Assembly: GCA_965112735.1 (NCBI GenBank)
Contig: OZ218962.1
Coordinates: forward strand, 682,001-746,000
DNA from: Phaeosaccion multiseriatum
Lineage: Eukaryota; Protista; Ochrophyta, other classes
Length of the DNA stretch: 64,000 nucleotides
Direction: 5' to 3'
The position numbers and the translations under genes were made by a program. Position 1 is the first letter of the stretch. Each line of letters begins with the position of its first letter. Of the stretch, positions 49,356 to 61,938 are shown piece by piece. A model generated the notes under the pieces. That model searched no databases and was not told where the DNA came from. It saw only the letters and a program-made list of their open reading frames with translations.

Positions 49356-52300
49356 ATGGCGTCTCCCCCCCCGGCAAAGACCATGAAGACGGCCGGAGGT
49401 GAAAAAGGCGTTTGCTCGGACGCGCCTCACAAGGAGATCGGAGACTGGCTTCTCGAGGCAAACCACAAGTACAGTGAGCTGCACGAGAGCTTCGAGAACG
49501 ACTTTTGTACGTGTGTCTTTTACCCTCGCCCCCGGGCCGCGCCTTGTCTATGCTCACCACCAAAGATACCACGTATTAATCTCATTTGCGCCACCTCAGG
49601 GGGGTCCAAGATGGCCCTCAGCAGCTACAAAGGAACGTTGGTAGAGACCAAGACGGCATTGGATGATTTCCTCAGCGACAGGTAAGTCAATCGCAGCCAT
49701 TGGGCAGGCGTGAGAGCAAACACAGAGGATAAGGAACATGCAAGTCTGCTCCTGTTTGAGAGGGAGAGAGAGAGAGAGTCAGAGACATACTGCACGTACA
49801 TAGATCTGAGGGCCATACAGGGCCTCTCCCTTCCCCTTTGACACTGACCGACCGACTTCACTTACTTCGAGCTAATTATCTTATCGTCCCTGTGAAATGA
49901 CGCCAATGTGTGCACCTGCAGCGAGCGTCTGTCGCAGGCCAAAGCCTTCGTGGCCAGCGGCGACGGAGACGCGGAACAGCGCAAGGTGCTGGACATGTTC
50001 GTTCGCACCATGAACTGCTACATCCTGCCGGGGGAGGAGGCAGCCAAGCTCAAGGTCAGGCAAGCGTATGGGCATAGGCATATAGGCAGGCGGGCGGGCA
50101 CTGGGTCGGCATTGGGCAGGTTCATATGGGCACACAGAATTTCGCCACCAACTGTCACGGCACCCACTTCCACGGCCATCCACGCCCACCCTCTCTCACG
50201 ATCGCTCCCGCACTCACACGCCCCACTCACCCCCACTCACCCCCACTCACCCCCACTCACCCCCCCTCACACCCACTCACCCCCACTCACCCCAACTCAC
50301 CCCAACTCAGGCGTCCATCACTGCTGCGGAGACAGCGCTGGAGGAAGCCCGCAACAAGATGAAGCTGGGCATGAAGCCCCCCGGGGGAGGCCCCTTCAAG
50401 GAGCTCAGCTCAGTGCAGCTCAGGAACATTATGCGAACCAACACGGACGAGGCAGAGAGGAAGGCAAGTCGGATACGATGTTACCTTTGTTGGGGGGGGG
50501 CTGCTGATGGAAGTTGGGTTGCGCTGTCAAGCCGAGTTGGTGGGAGGGAAGAAGCATTCGGAATGTGCAGTTAAGTCTTCCTTCTCATCAAGCGATGCTG
50601 GATGTGTCGTTTCATCATGTAGTCTTTCTTCTTCTCCCCTCCCACCCCCCTACCCTTGCTCACCCCACACCCACCCACCCACCCACCCACCCACCTTCCG
50701 ACCTGTGCATGCTCCTGCCGCAGGCGGCCTACGAAGGCCTTATGGAAATTGGCACTTTCGTTACCACCAATGGGTTTCCAGAGGTGGTGAAGCAGCGCAA
50801 CAAGGTGAGGAGAGACGATGTCGATTATATCGACTTTTGCCTCGACTTTATACACTCAGTCGTTGTGCCCTTTGCTGATCCTGCTTCGCGTATATTCATG
50901 ATGGACTAAATAAATACTCAGGCAGTCATGATGGATCGACCACTTTCAGTCAGTCAGTCAATCTGTCCCTCGCCCTCTCCCGTCCTATCGCCTCATCCTC
51001 TTTCTCCCCCCCCCCCGCCTCCCTCCCTCCCTCCCTCTCACAGTTGGCGAAAGCCCTGGGATTCGAGGACTTCTACGACTACAAGGTAATGCGAACTTAC
51101 ATGTGCCTTGCTGCCCATATGCCTGCCCACATACATGTGCCTGCCCATATGTCTGCCTGCCCATACACCTGCCCCTGACCACATGCCAAACGTGCCCCTC
51201 CTCCCCTCTTCAGGTGACCATGGCCGAGGGCTTTGGCAAGAAGCGTCTCTTCTCCATCCTCGACGAGCTCGAGCAGCGAAGCAGGCCCCTCCTCTCAGCA
51301 GCAAGGGGAACGCTTGAGCAGAGACACGGCAAGGACGCCCTCCACCCCTGGAACACGTCTTTCGCCATGACCGGAGACGTCGAGGCCAAGCAGGTACGTG
51401 GGTGCGTGAGTGTGTGCGTTCGTGCGTAAGGAGGTGCTTGGGTGCGTGGGTAATCGCGTGTGTGCGTTCGTGCATTCCGTGGGCTCGTCGGTCGTCTTCG
51501 GAGATGGGACATGGGAGATTCTGCCCCCGCCCTGGGGGCCCTCGACGGGGTAGGGGCTCGTTGGGTCTTGCTTCCCCCTCACCTCTCCCCTCCCCTCCCC
51601 TCCCCTCCCCTCCCCTCCCCTCCCCTCCCCTCCCCTCCTCTCTCCTCTCTCCTTTCATCTCTCTCTCCTCCAACGCCCCCCCCCCTTCCTCCCCTCCCTT
51701 CTCCCCTCCCATAACAGAACCCATACTTTCCCTTCTCCCGAGCTGTGGAGACTTGGGCCCGGACCTTCGAAGCCTTGGGTATCGATTACAAGGGAGCGAG
51801 TATGGACCTCGACCTTCTCGAGAGGAAGGGCAAGTACAGCAACGGCTTCTGCCATTGGCCCATCGCGCCCTGGCTTCGACCCAACGGCAAATACGTTCCC
51901 GCCAAAACGAACTTTACCAGTTTGGGTGACCCAAAAGCAGTCGGCAGTGGGAGAGTGGGCCTCAAGACTTTGCTCCATGAGGGTGGACACGCGGCTCATT
52001 TTTCCAACATTATGCAGCCATCCCCTCTGTTTAGTCAGGAGCGAGCGCCGACATCTGTGGCCTACGCGGAGAACCAATCTATGTTCTTGGACTCGCTGCT
52101 GAGCGATGCGGCATGGGCGGGAATGTATGCGCGGGACGAGGAGCACAAGTGAGTGCGTGAGGAGAGAGAGACAGACAGAGAGAGAGGGATTGAAGTGAAG
52201 AGAGAGAGGGAGCTAGAGAGAGAAAGAGGAGAGAGAGTGAGCGAGGGACTGAGAGGGAGTGATGGTGAGATAGTGAGACACGTCTCAAAGATAGGACGAT

Positions 52301-52764
52301 ATACGAATGGGCCTATGATACAGTCGAACAAACATGCCTCTACCCCTCTACCCCCTCGCCCCCTGATGTGTCCCCCCCCGCTATGTCCCTGCGCCTTACC
52401 CTCCCTCTCGATGTTGTCCCTTCTGATGTGTCCCTTCGCCTCTAAAGTACCCCTCTTGTCCCTCTAACCCCCCCTCCCTTTCCTCCCTTCTGATACGGCC
52501 CTACGCCTCTACAGGCCCCTCCCCTGGGAGATGATGGAGGAACGCATCAAGGCCACCCACCCCTTCGAATGCTTCGCTCTCAGGGCCATGCTCGCAGTGC
52601 CCTACTTCGAGAAGGTAGGCAAGGGGGGTGGGATGGCAGTGGATGGATGGGAGAGAGGGGATGGTGGCAGTGGATGGACAGAAGCGAGAGGATGACGGCA
52701 GTGGATAAACACGCACCACTACGGGCGCGCTTGATGCATGCCTCTGTCTGTGAAGTAATGTTCA

Positions 52765-52795
<31 letters not shown>

Positions 52796-54008
52796 CTCAC
52801 TTCTCTCTCTCTATGCGTGTGTATATGTGTGTGCGTGTGTGTGTATGTGTGCATGGTTTCAGGGGCTGTACGAGATGGAGGAAGTGACCGCGGAGGCCAT
52901 TACCAAGCTCGCCGAGGAGGTGGAGGAGAGAATCCAAGGAGGTCCCTCCGCACGACCTTTGCTCTCTGTGCCCCATATCCTCGCTGATGAGGCGTCGTGC
53001 TACTACCACGGCTATGTGCTCGCGGAGATGTCTGTGCACCACACACGCGCTCACTTCCTCAAGGACGGAGGCCGCATTGTCAACAACCCGGAGGTTGGAA
53101 AGGCGTTGACGGAGGTGAGCACATCCTTCGGAGTTTAGTTTTGTGACCTCCGAAGTTGTTGTTCGGCTGATGAGAGAGGGAGGGAGGAGCACAGAGGGAG
53201 GAGGGAGGGAGAAGGATAGAGAGAGGGCGCGAGGGAGAAGTGCCCCTTCTGATGAAGACCTCCCCCCCCCTTGTCGTCTGCCTCAGGTGTACTGGAAGCC
53301 GGGCAACTCCGAGATGTTCCTTGACCTTGTGGAAAGACTCACGGGCAAGCCCCTCACGAGCGACGCCTGGGTGGTGAGTGGAGAATGGCAGAGCGGAGCG
53401 GTGCGGGGCGGAGGGAGAGAGGAAGAGAGGAAGAGAGAGAGGGGGAGAGGGAGAGAGAGAGGAAGAGGGAAGGAGGGGAAGGAAAGCGAAGGAAGGGTGG
53501 AGGGCGCGAGCCGAGGGCGAGGGCCCGGTACGGTCAATGGACGGGTAGCGATGGGTTGGCAACGGGTCGCCCCCCTCTGCTTCTGCTGTGGCTCGTTGTC
53601 TGCGCTTCATCATCCCCCCCCCCTCCCCTCTCCTTTTGTTAGAGTAAGGCTGACGCTAGTACACTTCTTCCTTCCCTTTTTCCTATCATGTGCTCTGCCC
53701 TGCTGCTCTGCCCCGTTTTGTCCATCTGCCTGTCTGTGAATCGTTGATTTTAAACACACCAACACATCAACAACAACAACACACACACACAGTCTTCTCT
53801 GGAGAAGCCCGTGGAGCAGCTGCTCAAGGAAGAGAAGGCAGACTACGAGTGGGCATCTGCTCAACCCGACCCCTATGACGGCAGCCAGGTCGACCTCAAG
53901 ATGAAGATCCGCCTGGTGCACGGAGATGACGTCATTGCTGACACGGAGTCCGACGGGGGGCTGCTGCAGGCGTGCGGCAAGTTCAAGGCCTATGTGGACG
54001 CCATGTAG
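49356..54008 (+). CDS. M3 family oligoendopeptidase, multi-exon
   Basis: DLLERKGKYSNGFCHWP; TLLHEGGHAAHF (HEXXH); AYAENQSMFLD; YYHGYVLAEM. Includes a GC-AG intron at 50464-50723. Confidence 0.93.
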
Positions 54009-54745
54009 TGAGCAGTGGACAGTGGGCGGGAAGGAGGGAGGAGGGACGGAGGGACGGAGGGACGGAGGAGGAGAGAGGGGAGCCAAGCGAGAGCCCAGTC
54101 ATAGCCGAGGTGACAGCCCATTAGAGGCGGCCGAGAGAAGCGCAGCATATAAACCGTACTGTAATGACACGTCGGGTGTATGACTCCATAAATCCGCGAA
54201 GAACAGGGGGAGAAAGTCAGTCCCATATTTTGCAGCAAGGGTCGAACGTCGAACGCAAGCACGAGGCAAGCCCCATCGCGTGCCGTTTTCCGCCCCAAGG
54301 GTCGTCTACCCCAACCCCACCTTGGGGTGGTGTTTGGGGTACATTGTCTTGCCCACTCGCCGCTGCCGCCAGCCACATCTTGGAAGTCGAATGGGGCATT
54401 CTCCTCCTCTGACAACAAGGCAAGAGCCACGTGAGCATGCCCATGTTGCCGTGCATCGCGGCTCCCGCGCAAGTTCTCGAGTCCCATGGGCAAGTAGAAG
54501 CGACGCTGCTGGAGTAGCACGTTATGTATTTAGAATCGGCTCTGTTTTGAGTGAAGAAGTTGAGATAGGCTCTTTATCCGGCGAACAGCAGCGGGTTGTT
54601 GGAACCGTTTGAGGCGATAGTGTGCTTGTCGTTGCGAGCAGCAGCTTCGCACACGCGCTCATCCCAGGGACAGTTGTGCCTGGGGCTGCTCGGTGCGCCC
54701 CATCCCACCAGGCGACGGTAGCTAGACTCGCGCGGATACACAACG

Positions 54746-55980
54746 ATGGGATGCGCATCGTCCCGAGAACGGTTCTTCGGGCTGTTGTTCCTTCTCTTCC
54801 ATCCCTCTGTCGCCACCTCGGAGGCGCCCGTGTTCTGTGCTCTCCTCGATGGGTAAGACAGAAGAAGTAGAAGAAGAAGAAGAAGAAGAATGAGGCTGGG
54901 CGTGTGACCTCTTGCGCGAGAATTGTTCGATCTTCCCTAATTAGCTGTTAGAGCACGACTGTTATCACAGCTCGCGCCCACCCATACCCACTTCGACTCC
55001 CTCTGTCCTTCTGTGTGCCTTGTTGTCTCTCCTCAGCTCGACGCCTCCCAGAGCAAGCGCCTGCTCGACCAGCCGCGTCACCACGATAACGAGAGGGGAT
55101 GAGAGCATCACGTTCAACTACGAGCGGCCTTCAGGGGCCGTGGATGGCTTATACCAGGTCAAGTCGTGAGTCGCTTTCGCTGTGCCTGGCCGACCAACGC
55201 ACGCACCTTAATCCTCAACTCTGACCACCACACTCGTCACGGCCAGTCGGCGGCTTGTACATTCTTCTAACCCAACGACTTGCAACCTCCCTCGCTTCAT
55301 CGATCGTCGCCCGATCAGATTTGGATGACCATCTTCAACAACCCCGAGGAGTGCGCTGCCCGCAGAGAGCCCCAGGCTGGGGCGCCGCCCTCCGCCTCTT
55401 TCTGCACGCCTCAGGACGTCTCGGCCTCGCCCGACGCGCAGGTATGACATCGCCTGTGAGGCCGAAAGTAATTCACTTGCGCATGACGCACTGCTCAACC
55501 TCAAACTATGTCATACTCCCGCCACACCACTGTTCCTACAAGGCGTTCCACTTCCTGGTGCAAGAGAGCGTCTCAGAGATGCAGACGAACGGAGGCGCTG
55601 TGAGCATCCGCGGCAGCATTAAAACCTCTACCGACGACGGCACCGACGGCGACACCGCCTTCCCCTTCGATGGGTCCTGCGCGAGATTCGCTGCACCGGA
55701 CTTTGACTTCTCCACAGCACTGAGCCCTCTTGTCGACCCCGCTGTCGCCCAGGTGCACTTGGTGTCATGGTACAAAGGCCCGAGGGGGGAAGGAAGTGGC
55801 ATACCCACAGGTAGTGGCAGCGTGTCTGAGGGCTGCTCTGCGCCGTCCCTGCGTGTCTTCTCTACCTCTCTCGGCGACGCGTACGACTGTAGAGAGACGA
55901 GAGCAGCAGCAGCAGGGTCTGCCGAGCCCTTTGAGTGCCACATTGCAGAGCTCTATGTATTTGATACGACGCTCGGCTGA
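54746..55980 (+). CDS. Secreted Cys-containing protein of unknown function (4 exons)
   Basis: Exons 54746-54852, 55037-55157, 55319-55441 and 55543-55980 join in frame; hydrophobic N-terminus FFGLLFLLFHPSVAT. Confidence 0.7.
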
Positions 55981-56270
55981 GCCCTAAGGGCGGAGGGGGT
56001 GAGCGATGGCATGTGGAGGGGCACTCTCCGAGCGAGAGAGGGCATACACTAACCGATAATACGAAAGAAATACATTCTTGCATACACGCGATTACCTCGT
56101 AGCCCCTTCCCTCCCCTCCTTGTTGCGTCAGAACATTTCCTCGGCCATGCCCTCCCACGTCTCGCTGTGCACGGCCCCAGGCCCTCTCCGGCGGCGATAC
56201 CCAACGCTTCTTGCCGAACGTCGGATGGACTCCCCGCGGTACCCTCGCTCACTCACGTGCAGCCCTTCGC

Positions 56271-57827
56271 TCAGCGCATTTCCTCCTCCTCGCCTTCCGA
56301 CGTCTCGCTCTGCACGTCCCAGGGGCGGCTCTCCAGCGGCGGTATCCCACTCTCCTTACCGAGCACCGAATCCGTCCTGCTCATCATCTCCAGAGCGCTC
56401 TCAGTTCCGAAGAAGGCTGCTGCTGCCTCTCCGAGTCGCTGCTCAATCTCGGGCCTCAGTCGATTCAGTCGCGCCCCAGCCAAGGCCTTGTCCACAGAGG
56501 CATCGGCCGCAAGAAGCTGCAGCGCAATGCCGTGCTGGTTATGAAAGATGGCGGCAAGTAGAGGGGTAAACCCGTTCGACCGCTGTGCATCAATGGGAGA
56601 TCCCGCAACAAGAAGACGGGAGACGACGGCGTCATGGCCATTTCGAGCGGCGACGTAGAGAGGGGTCGTGCCATCGTTGGTCCCTCTCCACACCCTTGCT
56701 CCCGCAGAGAGGAGGCTCTCCACCACGTCCTCGTGACCTTGTTGAGCGGCCCAGTGGAGAGCAGTGAGGCCTTTGATTGTAGACGCGCAAACGTCCGCTC
56801 CGCCCATCAAGAGCTTCTCCACCACAGCCAAACGTCCATTCTGAGCAGCGATGATGAGGGGAGTGGTGCCGAAGCTATGCTCTCTTGCATCAACGCTGGC
56901 ATGCTCATCGAGAAGCTGGTGCACGACGTCAACATGGCCCCCTTGCGAGGCTGCCCAAAGCGGAGTCTTGCCATCGCCGTCAGCCTTGTCTATGGAAGCG
57001 TTGGCTCTGATGAGCTCCTTAACCACCCCCCCATGTCCGCTCTTACAAGCCATAAAGAGCGGAGTCCTCCCGAGCTTGTCTGCTTGCTCCACATGCGCTT
57101 CGGCTGAAATGAGCTGCCGAACAACGGAGGTGTGCCCATTCTGAGAAGCCAGCCAAATCGAAGTTAAGCCTTGACTCCCGGCAGCATCGACGCTGGCACG
57201 TGCCATGAGGAGTCGCTGCACTATTGTCGAGTACCCCTTCTCGGCGGCGGCGATTAAAGGCGTGAATCCACCGAGATTGGCCTGATTCACAGAAGCTCCG
57301 CAGTCCAGCAGCCGCTTCACCACCTCGTCGCGTCCATTCACGCTTGCCGTTATCAAGGGCGTATCCCCCATCGAGCCCTCACCCGTGCTGAAAGAGGCTC
57401 CTTCCTCCAGGAGAAAGTCCACGACATCCAGCCGACCGTACGCCGCAGCTCCAATTAGCAGCGTACACCCTTGATCGTCAATAGGCTCATCCAGGCTTGC
57501 TCTGCCGTGCTTGGCGATGCGCTTCCGAACCACCGCGCTCACTGTAGAGAAACTCTCGTTACTCTCAATGGCCTGGAAGAATCCCTGCCCCTTCTGTGGA
57601 GCGGAAGGGTTCGGAAGACGAGCGAGAAGGGCTTTTTTTAGTCTTTCCAGGACGGAGGCGCTGCTCTTATCTGCACCGCTGCCTTCCTGTTATACTCACT
57701 ACCATCAGCGCATACAAACCGATGACAAGTAGCACCCTTATCGCTTTACCTCGGGGGATAATGAGCGCGGCAGGACGAGGGGCGGCCTGCCTACCCGATG
57801 ATTCCTCCTCGGCGAACGCTGGGACAT
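56271..57827 (-). CDS. Ankyrin-repeat protein, ~451 aa, divergent paralogue of the tandem copies
   Basis: Exon 1 57795-57827 (MSQRSPRRNHR), phase-0 intron, exon 2 57593-56271. About 10 repeats and the shared C-terminal motif. Confidence 0.9.
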
Positions 57828-58099
57828 TGCAGCAGCGCGCTTCCCTTCCCTTCGGCGCCAGGCACGAAGAGGCTCTCACTAGGGTTCACCTAAGCACACC
57901 CTACCTTTCTTCAAGGACAGTAGATTTGAGAGAGCCGTGGGGAGGAACCGGTATGAAGAACCAACAGCCGAAGCTGCTCAGATTCCCGCCTTTTTGTTGC
58001 TCTTTACGTAGCGCCGTATGTCCCACAGCAACACACTATACCTTACAGAGCAGCAGAGCATAGCAGTAGCATAGTTAAAAACCACCATCGCAGCTGAAG

Positions 58100-59632
58100 A
58101 TGAGCGATTGCACTGCCTTTGACCTGAGCGGTTGTGGGACTTGTGAGCCAGTTTGTGCTCCTGGAACGAGCTCCGAAGAGACTACCGCCAATCCTTGCAC
58201 AGATGACAGGGAGACGGAGGCAACCATGTGAGGCCTTTCTCTCCTTTCTCTCTCGCTGGCTTTCTCTCTTCATTATGCACATTTCACTCTCTCTCTCACA
58301 CACACTCTCTCCCTCTCTCGACCTGTCTCACTATCATTATTCCCTTATTCTCCCTTCCTGCTCTTCTCCCCTCCGTCACCCCTCGCTATTCAGTGAAGAC
58401 GTCTGCGCGTACATCAAACAGGGATATGGCCTCTCGTCGTGCGTGTACCCAGAGGCCTTGTGGGACTACTTCATCTGCTCGTGGAGCGACGTGTGTGGCG
58501 TGGATGTCTCGTCCTGCTTCGAAGCGAGCTTCTTCTTCCCTCCTGATGATGGATCGACGAGCACAGGCACGACGACCTTCTCCACGGACGGAGAGACAGA
58601 CACGCCTACTTCTCTCTCAGCCTCAGACGCGGCTACTTCTCCTTCAGACATAGGCACAACTAGCTCTCCATCGACCTCAGGCGCAGCGACTACCTCCACT
58701 GTGGACACAGTAGGCACGGATCCCTCCCTCTCAGACACAGGCACAGCTATCTCCCCCTCCACCACCACGGATGTAGGCACGTCAGTCACCACCGCTCCTG
58801 GGGACGGCGCGGAACCTTCCCTCTCCATCACCACGGAGACAGACCCATCGTACAGCACGGAGGATGCCCAAATCTTCTTCGAACCCGGAGACACCAGATC
58901 TGGCACTACAAGGAGTCTACCCGCCCCCCCCACCGGAACTACGGGCACCGCCGTGGGAGGACAGTGTATAGCCGAGGCGCGCGCCTGCGAGGAGGCGGAT
59001 AGCTGCTCGGGCTCCGAGTGCTTCTCCTCGGAAGGACTGCCCTCTGTTGCGTGGGGAATCCCTCCCTCGGGGCTGCCCTACTGCTCTGACGGCGAGCGGC
59101 GGGGAGAGTTCATTGGAGGGCTCACCCTGTAAGTGTGTGCAGCTCAGCTGAAGTCGCTTGCTTAGAAGTCAGGACCGGAAGAGGATGGGTAGGAGAGAGG
59201 CGGCGTAAGAACGTCAAGTTAAGCGGCGGCGAGCCGTTATAGTAGTCCCATTCTCACATCCCAGCCCGACCTTGCCCTGCGCTCCACACCCCCAGGGAGG
59301 ACGTCTGCGAGAGTTACGACAACGCCGTCGCCGCCAACTGTGACGGGCCCGAGTTACACGCCTACCTGACCTGCGTGTGGGAGGCCGAGTGCAACATTAA
59401 CATATCGTCCTGCTTCGGCAGCGGGGATGGGTCGGACTCCACTTCCAATGCTGCGGGCTTCAGCGACTCACAGACCAATCCCACCATGCCGCCTCTCATC
59501 GAGGAGCGGTCTGGCGCCCCACGGCCCCTCGGGCTCTCCTTGGGCTCAGCGCTGGCCGCAGCTTTCGTCGTGCTGCTCGTGGCCTTCCGAGGACTCAGCA
59601 TGTCTTGCAGCGGCGCCAGGCACGCCCTGTAG
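58100..59632 (+). CDS. Cys-rich-domain x2 / Ser-Thr mucin-like protein with C-terminal hydrophobic anchor, paralogue A
   Basis: Three exons joined by phase-2 introns; EDVC..C.W..C..SSCF occurs twice; tail LGLSLGSALAAAFVVLLVAF. Confidence 0.82.
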
Positions 59633-59929
59633 AGTGTGATGCACGCACAGCACAACACACACACCCGTAACAAAAAAAAAGAAGAAACGAGAAGTACTAA
59701 AAAAAATTACTTTTGTTCCGTCAGAATTATAAGCCCTTAAGAACGGCCCTTTAGCGCGGAATAGTAATACAATCGCGTTATGAGAGTAACGTTATCGCTA
59801 AAAAGAGAAGAGCATCGTAGCAACAAAGCGAAGCCGCCGCGCCAAGCCGCGCCACTACAGCTCAAATAAGCAGTATACAGCAGAAGAGCATCGCAGCAGC
59901 AAAGCAGAGCCTCCATTTTACAGCTCAAG

Positions 59930-61396
59930 ATGAGCGATTGTTTATTTGAGCTGAGTAGCTCTCCCTGCTTGGCGCTCACCACGTGTGAGCCCACATGCAC
60001 CGTAGAAGCTGTAACTTTCCCATTGGCAGCCCAAGACCCTTGCCCATTTTCGCAACCTGCACTGGCAACCATGTGAGTCTCCCACTGTCTCTCTGGCCTC
60101 TTTCTCTCCCTCGCGCTCTCGCTCCCTCTCTCTAATTTTTTTTCTCTCTCTCTCTTCTTCTTCTTCTTCTTAGTGACGACTTCTGCGCCTACATTAGTGA
60201 AGGCTACGGCCTCTCGTCGTGCGTGTACCCAGAGGCACTGCGAGACTACTTCATCTGCTCGTGGGCCGAGGCCTGTGACGGCGTGGACGTTTCCTCCTGT
60301 CTCGACGAGAGCTTCTTCTCCGCCCCTGGTGATGCAGCGACGAGCACAGCTACCTCTCCCTCGGACTCGGACACGTCCACCTCCCTCCCTGATGGGACGA
60401 CAAGCACAGGCGCAGCTACTCCCTCACCTGTTGGTGAAACGACATCCTCCCCGCCCATCACAACGGACACAGACCCCACTTACAGCACGGATGAATCAGG
60501 TAGTACCACTGGCACCACCGATGGCGAGGAGGGTGAAGGGGCGGAGGGACAGGAGTGTGTGGCCGAGGCGAGCGCCTGCGAGGAGGCAGCTAGATGCTTG
60601 GGGCCCGAGTGCTTCTTCTCGCCCCCCGCCTCGACCGAAGGAATACCCTCTGTCGCTTGGGGGAGCCCTCAAGCTTCCGAGAGCCTACCCTCCTGCTCCG
60701 GTGGCGGGCTGGAGGGAGAGATGACGGGAGCGCTCACTCTGTAAGTGTGTGGCTCAGTCAAAGAGGCTTACAAAGAAGCTTAGTGGGTCAGATTCATCGT
60801 AAAACACGAGCAGAGCCGTGGCAGGGAGGGGCGTAATTCAAGCCCAGCAGGGTGCGTAGGCCCGAGCATTACAGACGTGTCGTTCCTAGCGGCGCTGGAC
60901 ATGGCCCCGTCCTTCCTTTCCTTTCTGACTGTGGCTTGGCTGAGGGCTGAGGCGTCTTCGCCGCTGTAGCGATCCATTCTAACATTGCCCTGCACACCGC
61001 TCCACTCACCAACAACCCCCCTGGCACAGGGAGGACATCTGCGAGAGTTACAGCAGCGCCGTCGCCCCCATCTGTGACGGACCCGAGCTGCACGCCTACC
61101 TGACGTGCGTGTGGGAGGCCGAGTGCGGCATGGACATATCGTCCTGCTTCGGCAGCGGGGATGGGTCGAGGCCACCGTTTGACTCCACCTCCAGTATCGA
61201 CGTCAGCGACTCACAGACGCCGGTGGGTAGTCCCAACACGCCGTCTCCTGCCCTCCCCATCACGGTCGTGACGTCTGGCGCCCCACAGACGCTCGGGCTG
61301 TCCTTGAGCTCGGCGCTGCCCGCGGCCCTTGTGGTACTGCTTGTCGCCTTCAGAGGAGTCGACCCGCCCTTCAGCAGAGGCAGGCACTTCCTGTAA
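59930..61396 (+). CDS. Paralogue B of the preceding gene (tandem duplicate)
   Basis: Same start context (cagct.aagATGAGCGATTG), intron positions, Cys pattern and tail. Confidence 0.82.
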
Positions 61397-61938
61397 ATTG
61401 TGATGCGCGCACGGACGCACACGCGCACGCGCTCATGCACGCACGCACGCATCGTCTTGGCTTGCGTTCATGTAGCTGGAGCGAAGACGATGGCAGCTGA
61501 CAGGCATCTTGGACTCTATGGAAGCGTTCAAATTGACCACAGCCCAGAGGGGAGCAGAGAAGAAGCAGAGCATTCGGCATCGAGCTTTGGTATTGGGTGA
61601 CTTACTACTTTTAAACGCATCATCCTCTAAAATGAAATTCACTATCCTACCACATCCCACCCACGAAGGCCCTCCTTCAATCTCGCCTCTCTCACCGCAC
61701 CAATCAACATATACAAAACAGAGCGCAAAGCAAGACAGGAGGCTTGAAACGCCAATCTCATGCCTCCTTCACCCTTCACCTCCGGCCCATTCAGCCCTCT
61801 ACTATGTACCCTCTGTCGGCCCATTCACCCTTCTACAGCACCCCCTGTCCGCTCTATGAAGGGCCTGCCCCCTCGTCCCCCTCACCCCCCTCACCCCCCT
61901 CACTCCCCCCCCCCGACGCCAACACCGGCTCCGGCCCC

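Noticed and set aside
39488-54008. Functional peptidase cluster (divergent M1 and M3 genes)
   Set aside because: The genes are separated by 3 kb and an unrelated gene; adjacency alone is weak evidence in a eukaryote.
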